Assembly: GCA_964270895.1 (NCBI GenBank)
Contig: OZ185436.1
DNA: 64,000 nt
DNA from: Podarcis filfolensis
Taxonomy: Eukaryota
Strand: one strand, 5' to 3'
Made by a program: the position numbers and the translations under genes. Positions within the stretch are counted from its first letter, which is position 1. Every line of letters begins with the position of its first letter. The notes beneath the pieces were generated by a model. The model ran no database searches. It worked only from the letters and a program-made list of their open reading frames with translations, and was not told the origin of the DNA. Positions 38,192-49,293 of this stretch are shown piece after piece.

Positions 38192-38559
38192 AAACGGCCT
38201 TGGTCCTGTATACCTGAAGGAGCGTCTCCACCCCTATCGTTCAGCCCGGACACTGAGATCCAGCACCAAGGGCCTTCTGGTGGTTCCCTCATTGCGAGAA
38301 GTGAGGTTACAGGGAACCAAACAGAGGGCCTTCTCGGTAGTGGCACCTGCCCTGTGGAACGCTCTCCCATCAGATGTCAAGGAAATAAGGAGCTATCCTA
38401 TTTTTAAAAGACGCCTGAAGGCAGCCCTGTTTAGGGAAGTTTTTAATATTTAATGCTGTATTGTTTTTAACACTAGATTGGGAGCTGCCCAGAGTGGCTG
38501 GGGAAACTCAGCCAAATGGGCGGGGTATAAATTATTATTATTATTATTATTATTATTAC
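38192..38559 (+). mobile_element. L2-clade LINE 3' end with (ATT)n tail (GALNT10 intron 6)
   Basis: Encodes ...QRAFSVVAPALWNALP..., the L2 ORF2 C-terminal motif; ends GGGCGGGGTATAAATTATTATTATT. Confidence 0.85.
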
Positions 38560-39007
38560 TCTGAATCAAATCTTTATTTAACAATGCTGCATTTTTACCC
38601 TCACATAGCAACAAAGGTTAAGATAAAATAAAGTGTGTTGAGGTTACCAAAGCATGGACCAGCCTGGTCAGGCTATTCTACCACTATATTAACTGAATTC
38701 ATAATTATTAAGAAAATAAAGTTTATGTTTTGATTTAATTTGTTCCAGCATGCGATATGTTCTATTAAATACCCACCATTCTGACTTATTTCAATTATGC
38801 AATTGAAATTATTTTTATACATCTGAAATGGACCTTATTATCTCTTTTCAAAAAGTTGTAGTAGACAGAGATAACACAAAAGAATTTTATCTTTTGAAAT
38901 GAAACATTACTTGTGATGGCCAAGGATAGTTTCTATGCGTCTGAAAGCACCAGTGTCAAGAGCCTAGCTGGTTAAACACCTATTCACACTTTGTTTCATG
39001 AACTTAC

Positions 39008-39191
39008 TCAAAAGGGTCACTCGGGTCAGGTTTCTGTAATTCAGGAGGAATGGGTATCCGCTTGTAATACATCTCCCAGTCAAATGCACCTCGCATTGCA
39101 TCTCCAGCTTGTGTTTCATAGCCAAAGTGGTCATGGTCAATTACATCAATCATTGGACAAACAATAGTTTTGCGATTTCGAGCAATGCGGT
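39008..39191 (-). CDS. GALNT10: GALNT10 exon 6 (184 nt)
   Basis: (D)[60 protein letters not shown](E); acceptor ccccag, donor GA|GTAAGT. Confidence 0.97.
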
Positions 39192-40204
39192 CTGGGGTAT
39201 AGACAGAAACATGTTACATTATTTTGCTACAGATGAAAGGAGTAGCAAACACAATTGTTTCTACAATACTCCATAAAGAATATATTCAGAAGTACAGCTA
39301 CACGACTTTTTGATTTTTCTCCTCTTTCTACGAAACACACATGGGTAATCTAATTCAAATGTGAACTATCTACCAATCAGAAAAAAATTATAGAGTTGTC
39401 TTGCTGAATACAGGAGTTTCACATTCATTGGTGATTTTTCATGCTCTCCCAAAGACTACATAAAATAATAGTGTTGGAAAGGTAACATTTGGGAGCACAT
39501 ATACACTTGGAGTTGAATTTAGTCTACCTATTCAGATTTACACCTATTAACAAGTTGAGGTAGGGGAATGGCTGATACGTCAGTTCAGTGCTATCTATAC
39601 TGCACAATGCTTGTGAAGCTGAAGTCTCCAATGCCAGTTGGCAGAACTGGTGATGTTCATTGAGCACTGCAACTGCTTGAGGATCAGAGCTCTCAATGTC
39701 TGTGAGATCACCTTCCAAGAGGGAAGTCCATCAGTTTGGCACTATCCAGGTCCTAATGACAGCAGTAGCTGTGTGGGACAGGCAGACTACTGGGAAGAGG
39801 TGCCATGAAACCAGGAAACTATGGTGCAGAAGCAAGGTGACTGAAGGATAGGAACTGAGAGACAGACAAAGGACAGCGAACAGAGGCAATAGGCTAATCA
39901 AAGAGGAGTCTCTGAAGAAATTTCAGCGCTAAGGTAATGAAACACTATGGGTGAACGAAGAAAGTGCAACAGAAGCTTAGTAAAATGGGACAATGGGGGA
40001 AGTTGTCTAAAAATTGTGGAGCTGTGGAGACACTGAGGAAAGAAGGGAAAAAGAAGTTTAGAGCAAAACCTCATGCAGTCCTGGGGGTAGCATTGGCTGC
40101 ACTTTATTGGCATAAGGGAAGTAACAACCAGGGAAGGCCCAAAAAGTTTGTGATGGTTCTTAAAGATCTGAAGCATTGGCTGGGTAACTGTATTTTAACA
40201 GCTA

Positions 40205-40470
40205 CAGTGGTGCCCCACAAGACGAATGCCTCGCAAAACGAAAAACGCGCAAGACGAAAGGGTTTTTCGGTTTTTGCGTCGCTTCGCTAGACGATTTTCC
40301 CTATGGGCTTGCGAGTTCTTGCGAGTTTGCTTCCTTTTTCTTAAAGCCGCTAAGCCGCTAATAGCCGCTAAGCCGCTAATAGCTGCTAATAGCCGTGCTT
40401 TGCAAGACGAAAAACCGCAAGACGAAGAGACTCGCGGAACGGATTAATTTCATCTTGCGAGGCACCACTG
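40205..40470. mobile_element. Tigger/pogo-like MITE of a second family (266 bp, GALNT10 intron 5)
   Basis: TA|CAGTGGTGCCCCACAAGACGAA ... TTCATCTTGCGAGGCACCACTG|TA; internal GCAAGACGAA and AGCCGCTA(AT) repeats; CpG-rich. Confidence 0.85.
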
Positions 40471-41122
40471 TACATAGATAGGGAATGCACTTACTAGGGC
40501 TGCAGCACAGTGACTTTGTAGCCTTAAGAGGACAATTAGGGCCAAGCAGCAAGAGAAGGCCATTTTCCACATATTATATGTGAACTAAGCAGGCCAGTTG
40601 CAGGCTTCTAATGTTGAATGTCTATACACACACACATCTGAAAAGCCTGTTTACCTTGGTATTAGACAAAAATTAACAAATATCCAAATGCCTCACTATT
40701 TTGTCATCTAAATGTTATATTCTTTTCTGTTTATCGGTCAACCAAAACAAAACAAAGCAAAAATAATAATTCAAAATGAGAGGCTCCTCTGTGTGGTGCA
40801 AGCAAACAATTACCAGCCAAGCCTTGTATTAACAGACAATGGTCTGTTAATAGCCTATTTTTTCTATAAGTTCAAAACTATTTCCACAAGCCAATATGCC
40901 AGTCAGCCATAATGTGTTTAAGTTCTGTGTTAGATTCAGGCAGGAAATAATTCAGGTAAAACATCTTCACAAAACAAATAAAACTACTTTCTAACTTGAA
41001 TTTACCAACACAGCTGGATTATATATTTCACTGGGCTTCAGCGGTTGCAGCCTGATCTATGATGAGTCACAACAGGACCATCATCCAAGTATATGGTAAA
41101 ATACATGTTTTATATATCTTTG

Positions 41123-41302
41123 TCTAGACCATTAGACATGAAACATAGCTAAATGTGAACCAACTGCAGCTAAAAAACTGAAATCAGAAAAACGTCTGAA
41201 ATTAGAAACACTTTTTAAAGATCACTTTGCAAGCGTTGAAAGGAAGACATGATCAAGCAACACAGCCAGAACCATTAAAAAGATAATCCTATTTTGAACC
41301 TT
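41123..41302 (+). repeat. Direct repeat copy A (downstream of GALNT10 exon 5 in transcript order)
   Basis: TCTAGACCATTAGACATGAAACATAGCTAAATGTGAA...ATCACTTTGCAAGCGTTGAAAGGAAG...GAACCATTAAAAA aligns with 42073-42266. Confidence 0.9.
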
Positions 41303-41680
41303 AATTTTATCCAAGTACCTTCTCACCCTTTCTCAAAGAGAATCACACTGAGGCATTATCTGAGTAACTGATGTCAGCAGTCTTTATATAAGCCAGATAC
41401 TGACTTTTTGTAGAAAAAAGTTCTGAGAAGTCCCAGAACAATAAAATTAAATTATGGATGAAATTTTAGTTTTAAGTCAGATTGTAAGCCTCTGTATTTC
41501 ATATAGCTAGAAATGCCATATCAGGACATGTGGTTATCAGACTGAAATACATGTTGATATTGGGAATTTATTGTGAAATTGTAGTGTTACTTGTTATGCA
41601 CTGGCTTGAGTGATGTAAATGCATTAGAAAGGTAGGATAAAAATCATATAAATAAACAATGAATGAGATAGTCTGCTTAC

Positions 41681-41866
41681 CTAAAAGGGGTGGCAACCAA
41701 TTCACATTGGCCTCACAGTGAGAGTCCAAAAAAGTAATAACATCTCCTATAGCAACAGAAGCTCCCAGCATACGAGTTCTTATCAACCCTTCTCTCTTCT
41801 TAGTTCGGAGAATCCTCACTTTGGGAAACTGGGCCATATAGTCCTCCAAGCGCTTTTTTAAGTGTT
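41681..41866 (-). CDS. GALNT10: GALNT10 exon 5 (186 nt; contains the DXH Mn-binding motif DSH)
   Basis: (E)[61 protein letters not shown]; acceptor ccatgcag, donor G|GTAAGC. Confidence 0.97.
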
Positions 41867-42020
41867 CTGCATGGAAAATTAAATGATTTCTCATCCAGTC
41901 CTTTACTCATTATTTCTCCCCAACTTTAAAACCCAATTTCCAGAATCTGGAACACCTTTAAGGTTTAATAGTTTTGTCTTTTTATAATTTTGCTATTTTA
42001 TCATTTTTATATACTATCTT

Positions 42021-42023
<3 letters not shown>

Positions 42024-42054
<31 letters not shown>
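42024..42054. repeat. (AC)15 microsatellite
   Basis: Read directly. Confidence 0.95.
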
Positions 42055-42055
<1 letters not shown>

Positions 42056-42072
42056 CTTATATACATCTTATA

Positions 42073-42266
42073 TCTAGACTATTAGACATGAAACATATCT
42101 AAATGTGAAACAGCTGTAAATGAAGCAGCTAGAAAACTGAAATAAGAAAAACACCAGAAATTAGAAAAAAACTTTTTAAAAAAAATCACTTTGCAAGCTT
42201 TGAAAGGAAGTCGTGATCAAACAGCACAGCTTGAACCATTAAAAATACAATCCCATTTTAGACCTT
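42073..42266 (+). repeat. Direct repeat copy B (upstream of GALNT10 exon 5 in transcript order)
   Basis: TCTAGACTATTAGACATGAAACATATCTAAATGTGAA...ATCACTTTGCAAGCTTTGAAAGGAAG...GAACCATTAAAAA. Confidence 0.9.
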
Positions 42267-43643
42267 TCATGTTGGTCAGGTTAGATACCTTGAGAAAAGC
42301 AAAGTTTCATAACAGATCACTGCCATTGCTTTATTCTAGCTACAAACTTTAAGATAATAAAGTATTGGTAGTTGCACAGAACCTTCACCAGGCAATTAAA
42401 GTATTACATACAATTCAATAACATACATCAGACCAATAAAACACAAACACATGAACAGTAGTGGTTTAATTTTGATAGGCATACAACAGGCAAGTAGTTA
42501 ATCCATAAGCATACTATAATAATACAATTTTCTTAACCACCAATCAAATAATTTGCTTGACACTAGAGTAAGAATGTATATTACCAACATGGGCAGATCT
42601 AAATTTAAAGTATGGGATATCATGTGAAGGGGCTGGAGTTTTTTTTTGGGGGGGGGTTTATATCGCTAACTACAGTGTGGCTTAAGTCTACAGTTGTAGG
42701 AGCCCATACCACTTTGCCAAATCCAGATAACCACCCTGGGATCTTTGGAAGAAGGGAAGTATACAAATGGAATAGAAGATACAAGCTCTCTCTCTCTCAA
42801 AACCAAAACTTTATTAAAAATTGCAGTATGTGTGAGCTATATGATGTGAGAATATATTTGCAAGCTACTTCAAAACTGAATAAATGTTCATTTAACTGTC
42901 ACATAGCTCTTTTTTTAACTGGCGAAAATAGCTATCAGGAGTAGTAATGAACCACTGTGGGACAGCTTTGCATAATTTCACATCATTAGAAATGCATTAT
43001 CTTAGCCAAAAGTCAAGAATAAGACCTGAAAAACTCACTCACTATTTAATATAAAAACTCACTCTCTATTAAATATTTCTTAAAATCTAATGATAATACA
43101 AACACATGTTCTCCATTTCAACAACTATAAATGATTTCCATGCTTGATAAAGCATTAGCTATTTGAGCCACTCTGAACACAAGAATATAATCAGCATTCT
43201 GAAAGTCAGTATATGAAATAATTTAATTTAAATAAGATAAAGGAATAGTGGTTGAAATTAAAACACAAATCCACAAAAAGCTCCTATGACTTAACGTAAG
43301 AGATTCTGGAGTCAGTTTGCAATAAAGGAATTTTGATTGCAGTTCTGACAACCTTTGTGTATGTTTTAGTTAGCTATGGATATTTCCAGAATGGCAGTTC
43401 TTAGTGTACCCAAACATTGGTTATCCATTGTAAGCTGAATACATAATTGCAAACAATCTTCCACACCTTGGAGAGGAGCATTTTGTGTATGAATATATCC
43501 CATTATATGCAACAACATTTGGAATACTGGGCAGGGTTCACTTAATGAATTTTGTCAGCAGAGTATCTGCACAAGTAATCTGCTATATACCTTTTTTTTG
43601 TTCAGTCATATGTCTGCATAAATAAATATTATAATGAAAGTAC

Positions 43644-43810
43644 CTCTGTCACTGAAATCATCCACCAGTACAATTTCAGCTATGAGTTCAGGAGGAGAGC
43701 GATTGAGAACACTGTGCACTGTTCTGAGAAGTGATGACCACCCTTCGTTGTGGAATGGGATTATTACACTGGTGTTGGGGAGGTTTTCCAAGTATAGCTT
43801 GCTATTGCAG
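43644..43810 (-). CDS. GALNT10: GALNT10 exon 4 (167 nt; start of the GT-A catalytic domain)
   Basis: [55 protein letters not shown]; acceptor cttgtag, donor G|GTACTT. Confidence 0.97.
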
Positions 43811-44741
43811 CTACAAGACAGATGAACACAGTAACTAGCTTGACCAGCATACAAAGAATGGTTATTACTATTATTTGAGTTTTTTCGCTTATTGTAGCTA
43901 AATATTAAACATACAGTTGAATAATAGCCTGTATTAGGACAGATTCAGGAAGAACAAGATTCTAACTGGGTCCATAGGCCAGAGGTTCCCCATTGGTGCT
44001 ATAGAAGATCGAAGACTTAAACAATGATACCTCTTAGTGGGATGGAGGAAATATTTTAAGAACTTTTTGGACTCAATGTCAAAGAGATGAGAGATCATAT
44101 CAAGCACCAAAAGAAGGATGACTGTCAGGCAGCACTTTCTGAATGTAATTTGTTTACAAAATACGTATCATACAAGCTGTGAGTGATTGCTGAAGAGAAT
44201 TTTAAGGGCATTTCATAGCCCTAGGTACATCCAAATCTCAAAGTGAGGATACATCCGAAGTAAACAGATGTTCCGTGACCCACAGGGTTCTTTTCTATTC
44301 CTCATTTATTCAGATAGTTTCAATGTTTTAATGGTGTGTTTATATGGTGTGACCTGCCATGGGATCTTCTGGTGAAGGATGGGCAAGAAAATAACAACAG
44401 CAACAACACTGACAATAAAACATATCCACTCTATAGCAAACCTATTAAAATAAATCACCAATAAGATAAAATACAGAGGAGAGTTTATTTGAAACTGTTG
44501 GAATCTCTGTACATAAATATTTATGCTTTATTTCTTGGCTCTGATGACAGAGTTAAAAGTTGCTGAACTATCAGGTTTCTTGTTTAATACATTAGATAAT
44601 TCAACCTATCAAGATACTGCAGACGTATGTAACAAGCAAGGGCAATACAAATTGGAATGACACTCAAGTTAGGATACAGAAAAGCCAATTTTAGAAATAG
44701 AAACCTTCATACTTTCAGTAACAAGAAAAGTTTGTACTTAC

Positions 44742-44880
44742 TTTGGGTGTCGTATATCTGGTAGGGATCGATTGAGAGAAACTTTGTCACTCACAAAAAT
44801 ATTAAAGCCATTTTCTCTGTATGCCTGGTCCACTTGCTCGGCATCTGTCATAGGATATGGTTTTCCCTGTTCTCCATTTC
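44742..44880 (-). CDS. GALNT10: GALNT10 exon 3 (139 nt)
   Basis: (G)[45 protein letters not shown](N); acceptor ctgtag, donor AA|GTAAGT. Confidence 0.96.
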
Positions 44881-46277
44881 CTACAGCAAAAGAAATGGAG
44901 CCATTAATACTTATAAAACTCCAGTGGCTGAAAGCTGAATTCTGTCAATCTGGTCCCTCTAGATGTTATGGACTACAACTCCCACTAGTCTCAGCTAGCA
45001 CGGCTGGCTAAGCAATACTCATTATGCCACATTCTATCAAGGACACAGTATGATGTCCAAACACCACACTTTACATCTGTTAAAACTATCAAGCAGTTGA
45101 GAAGCGGATGATAAAACTGAAAGAACTATAGGAACACTTAACGGTGTTTATAACAAATACCTTGTTAACTGTTATTTTGAAAAAAAGGTCAGATTTAGGA
45201 CTAATTAGATTTATCTCAATTTATAAGATGCAAAATATACACAACCTAGGAAGGTCAATCAGTTTCTTAAAAATATGTGGGGAACTTTCCTGCCCTTGTT
45301 CTCTGTTGGCCCCACTATTTGGTTTTGGAGACACAAACCAAGTCTGGCAAATGCTCAATTTCTATCTTTCTATTTGATTAACTCTTATTATTCCCTCCCA
45401 TTGCATAAAGTCTAGCAGGATGCTGTTGTCAGCACAACCTTCCCTCTCTCCACCAACTGGTACTACTGTACCACACAGAAGGCTGCCAAAATCAGGGATG
45501 AAAGCCCCAAAAACCCCTAACTCCATTCTAGGGCTGGTATGACAAATCTTCACCAGTTTCAGGCTTACATTTTTTGCCACTTCAACTGGAAAAGGGAGAT
45601 TTTGCATGGCCTCCACACTCACATACCAATTTACATCATTCTGCTTCAAAACAGCAAGTTACGGCAGTCTCTGGTTTGCTTAACATCAGTCATCATTTTT
45701 CTCCCTTCCATTTATGTCCCACTGATGCTTTTAAGGCCTTTGCAATGGAAACTTGGGCATTTAAGCCTTCCAGTGAAGATTGAAATGGGGTGGTGTGCCA
45801 CACACAGTTCTTCCTTCTTTCCTTCTTGTCCTGCCCTTTGTGATACATCAAATTGCACTCTCAAGTGGCTAGCTTGAAAGACCTTGAAAGACATCATGCT
45901 TGTAGAATGGTTGGGAGCAAGCAGCATACAAACATAGCTGCTGTTCCTTTCTAGTTTGAAGTCTGAGGTCCTGTTGCATTTTTCAGTTTCTTCCCTTGGA
46001 ACAAACGAACACCCATATGATAATATAGCAAATTATTAGAACTGAAAAGAAAAACAGAAGTAGTAGACTTCTTTGCTCAACCACTGCCCGAAGCACGTTC
46101 CAGACACTTGCTAGCAAAGGCCTGCTGACTTTCTTGTAAACTCTGCTAACAGTAATCGATACTGCGTTACATATACCCTCCCCCAGTACTTTGTGCTCAG
46201 TTCCATTTTACTTATAGGTTACTGAATATGTAATTCAATATTACATGCCTTAAGGCTTAATGAGTTATCATACACAC

Positions 46278-46380
46278 CTGTACGTTGCAAGTCTTTCTTT
46301 ATAGCATCCCTGTCATGCCAGTCCTTTTTCCTTTGTCTGTTTTCAAGATAAGCTTCTTTCTTCTGCCTTGTATGGAAACC
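46278..46380 (-). CDS. GALNT10: GALNT10 exon 2 (103 nt)
   Basis: tttaaaag|GGT TTC CAT... encodes GFHTRQKKEAYLENRQRKKDWHDRDAIKKDLQRT(G), with the conserved KDWHD motif; donor G|GTGTGT. Confidence 0.92.
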
Positions 46381-46459
46381 CTTTTAAATAAACATTATCT
46401 ATAAGTTTGGGAAAGCATTCAAGGCTAAACTGAATTACTGACAAGCCATATTTTCAAAA

Positions 46460-46605
46460 CATAGACTCATAGAACTGTAGAGCTGGATGGGACCCCAACG
46501 GTCATCTATCCAACCCCCTTCAATGCACGACTCACAACTAGATCATACATGACAGATGGCCATCCAACCTCTGCTTAAAAACCTCCAGGGAAGAGGAGTC
46601 CACCA
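46460..46605 (-). mobile_element. CR1 LINE 3' stub about 80 nt upstream of GALNT10 exon 2
   Basis: CATAGACTCATAGAACTGTAGAGCTGGATGGGACCCC...CCATCCAACCTCTGCTTAAAAACCTCC. Confidence 0.75.
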
Positions 46606-47789
46606 GAATGGTGAATGCTGACCTACAGGATGACCCTGCCCTGGTGCGTCATCAAAGAACATTTCAAAACTGTGGGGTTTAACTTATGTGGCATTTTAAG
46701 AAAGGTCAAAGGAGTATTGCATCAATACCTTTGACAGTGATATTTGGTTTGTCATGTTTTGGATTTGCTTTCTGCTTAACAATCCATTGCATAGGGCTTT
46801 ACTTAGCTGTTTTCTGTACCAAGTCAATGCATCTGAGTGAGGTACATTTCCCTCTAAATTGAAGAATTACAGACTTGAAGCTAATCTTTCCTTCATTGTT
46901 TTCATCCCTTGCTTTAATGAAAGTGAGGTCAGAGTAGAAAGAAATATTAAATAATACTCTAAAAATGGATTTAGATTAATAGTTGTAAACAGCCCTTTAT
47001 GTTGCCTACCAAGCTTAAAAATCACCAAAGAAATCTAGTAACGTTCAATAGTTAAACATACAAAAAAATGTAATTTTAATCTTTTGTTTAGTTGCTATTT
47101 GGTGTGCCTGGTTCCAGCTATGAATGGTTATTTAAGCCATGTAAATGCTATATAAAAATATAATAAAATCACCATTAAGTGGCAGCATTATATAATGTTA
47201 GATAGAAACAGTAAAAAGCACTATTTTATTTATAGTCAGATCAAATAACAAAACTTTTTTTATAATATATAAAGTGGTGAACAAAACAACAGATTCAGGT
47301 TTAGACCTTTCGTTAAAAAATTCTCATTAGTTAAGAGAAATCCAACTCACTCTTAAATTACAGTATTTATAAGCTTTTTTGCAAAGTGCACCAATGTGAT
47401 GGAACAAATGACATACATAAAAATACAGAAATATAATAAAACTTTAAAATAAAAAAATACATAGAATGATTCTTAGCATATTTTCTTATACAGTTTGTGG
47501 CATATCTCATATAATTGGATTGCTAGAATTATGCCCAATACAGTACAAGATGAAATGCCTTTGTGTCAAGGTGTTCTTTGTTTGATATTTTGGGTGGGGG
47601 GTAGTAATCTGGAACTTCTCAAGATTACAACTTTACACCTTGCACAAAAATCAAGATCATAAACTTAAACAGAGCCTAGCATGCAGCCTTAAGAAAAATC
47701 CTTGTTTAAGATGGGTCTGCATTTGTGGGTACAGTTCCTCCTGCGTCAGAGATTGCACAAAAATTGCAATAAACATGGTGCTCTTGTGC

Positions 47790-48020
47790 TATGTAATAGG
47801 AGGATGTTCCAAAGGTTAGTGCTGCAACACTAAATGCCCAATGGTAATACAGTACCTCCAGGAACAGAGGCAGTATGCCTCTGAATACAAGTTGATAGGG
47901 AACCAAAGTAGGAGAAGGATATTGCCATTGTGACTTGCTTTTGGTTGTGACGGTGGGAAACACAATGCTGGGCTAGATAGATCACTGATCTGATCCAACA
48001 GGATTCTTATGTTTTTATGG
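47790..48020 (+). mobile_element. CR1-type 3' end
   Basis: ...ACAATGCTGGGCTAGATAGATCACTGATCTGATCCAACAGGATTCTTATGTTTTTATG tail. Confidence 0.6.
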
Positions 48021-48118
48021 AGCAATATACTTCAACTATTGCAATAACAGACCATTTTTTGTGTTCTTTTGGAACAATATATTTTCACCATGGCAATACA
48101 GGCACCATTACCTTGAAG

Positions 48119-48251
48119 TAAGGTTACCAGATTTTTTTCAGTGAATCCGGGGACACTTTCCAACTTCAGTAGGAATGACAGGATTTTGTCAGGGGACTGA
48201 TTTGTAAATCCGGGGACTGTCCTTGGGAAACGGGGACATCTGGTAACCTTA
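48119..48251. mobile_element. hAT (Blackjack-like) MITE (133 bp)
   Basis: TIRs TAAGGTTACCAGAT / ATCTGGTAACCTTA; 8-bp TSD CCTTGAAG / CCTTAAAG; internal GGGGAC repeats. Confidence 0.85.
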
Positions 48252-48490
48252 CCTTAAAGTAGGTGTCAATCTCCTTTTGACAATTAAAACACACACACAC
48301 ATTTTATTTCTTTTTTTTTTAAATACAAAACACCACACAGACACCCTTCAAAAACCATATCCTTTGGCTGGACTGACATTTGCAAGGGGCTACAAGTTTA
48401 ATCCAAAATTTGATCCATCATGGGTATGGAATGAAAACTCATTTTCCTTTTAAGAACAAACATTTGTCTGTGGCAAGACCATCCTGAGAG

Positions 48491-48625
48491 ATCATAGAAT
48501 CATAGAATCATAGAGTTGGAAGAGACCACAAGGGCCATCGAGTCCAACCCCCTGCCAAGCAGGAAACACCATCAGAGCACTCCTGACATATGGTTGTCAA
48601 GCCTCTGCTTAAAGACCTCCAAAGA
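48491..48625 (-). mobile_element. CR1 LINE 3' stub with octamer (GATTCTAT)n tail
   Basis: ATCATAGAATCATAGAATCATAGAGTTGGAAGAGACC...CCAACCCCCTGCC on plus. Confidence 0.8.
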
Positions 48626-49057
48626 TTGCTCCATTCTATTTCCTACTGGTGAAACAATTTTCTCTGGTGCTATTTCCTCCTTGGAATACTGTTGTATTCT
48701 GAATTGGAAATTATGTATTAAAACCAGCATAATACAAATGCGCAAAATAGAGGTATGCAGCAGCCAGAAGGTAAATTAGCAACCTAAATGTTAAGGCTGA
48801 AGAGCATGCATGTATTTGTGGGAGAGAACCAGTTATGGTGCCAAGCTCCTTTTTTAGACAAAGCAGTAGCTGGCCTCTAACAGCCATAACAAGGACAAAA
48901 AAGCAAAGCTGTGGCTGCTGGCACTGTTTTTACTCACATGTGCGTAAACTTTCTTTTAATTCTAACACAACCCCCCTTTTTTCAAATGGAGATAGAGGAA
49001 TTCAGAAGGCTGATTATTAGTAAGATTATTATTATGAATCCATCAGCACACTGAACT

Positions 49058-49293
49058 AGTGTAGCACAGTGGATAAGTTGTGAACCTAGAAATTTCTAGT
49101 TCAAAGCTCACTACAGCTATTATCTAGTTAGACGGCTTTAGGCAAACTCTATCAGTCTCAGTAGCCTCATCGGCAATAAAGGGAAAGCAATGCTGACCTA
49201 CTTTAATGGGTGGTTGTGGCAATTGCAATAAAATCATGTATGTGAAGTTCTTAGAATGTTCTAAATGTGCTATATAAATTCCAAATATTATTA
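49058..49293 (+). mobile_element. MIR/CORE-like SINE remnant, with the Tc2-like MITE inserted at its tail
   Basis: GTGTAGCACAGTGG ... GGCAAACTCTATCAGTCTCAGT ... ATGCTGACCTACTTTAATGGGTGGTTGTGG ... AAATGTGCTATATAAAT. Confidence 0.55.
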
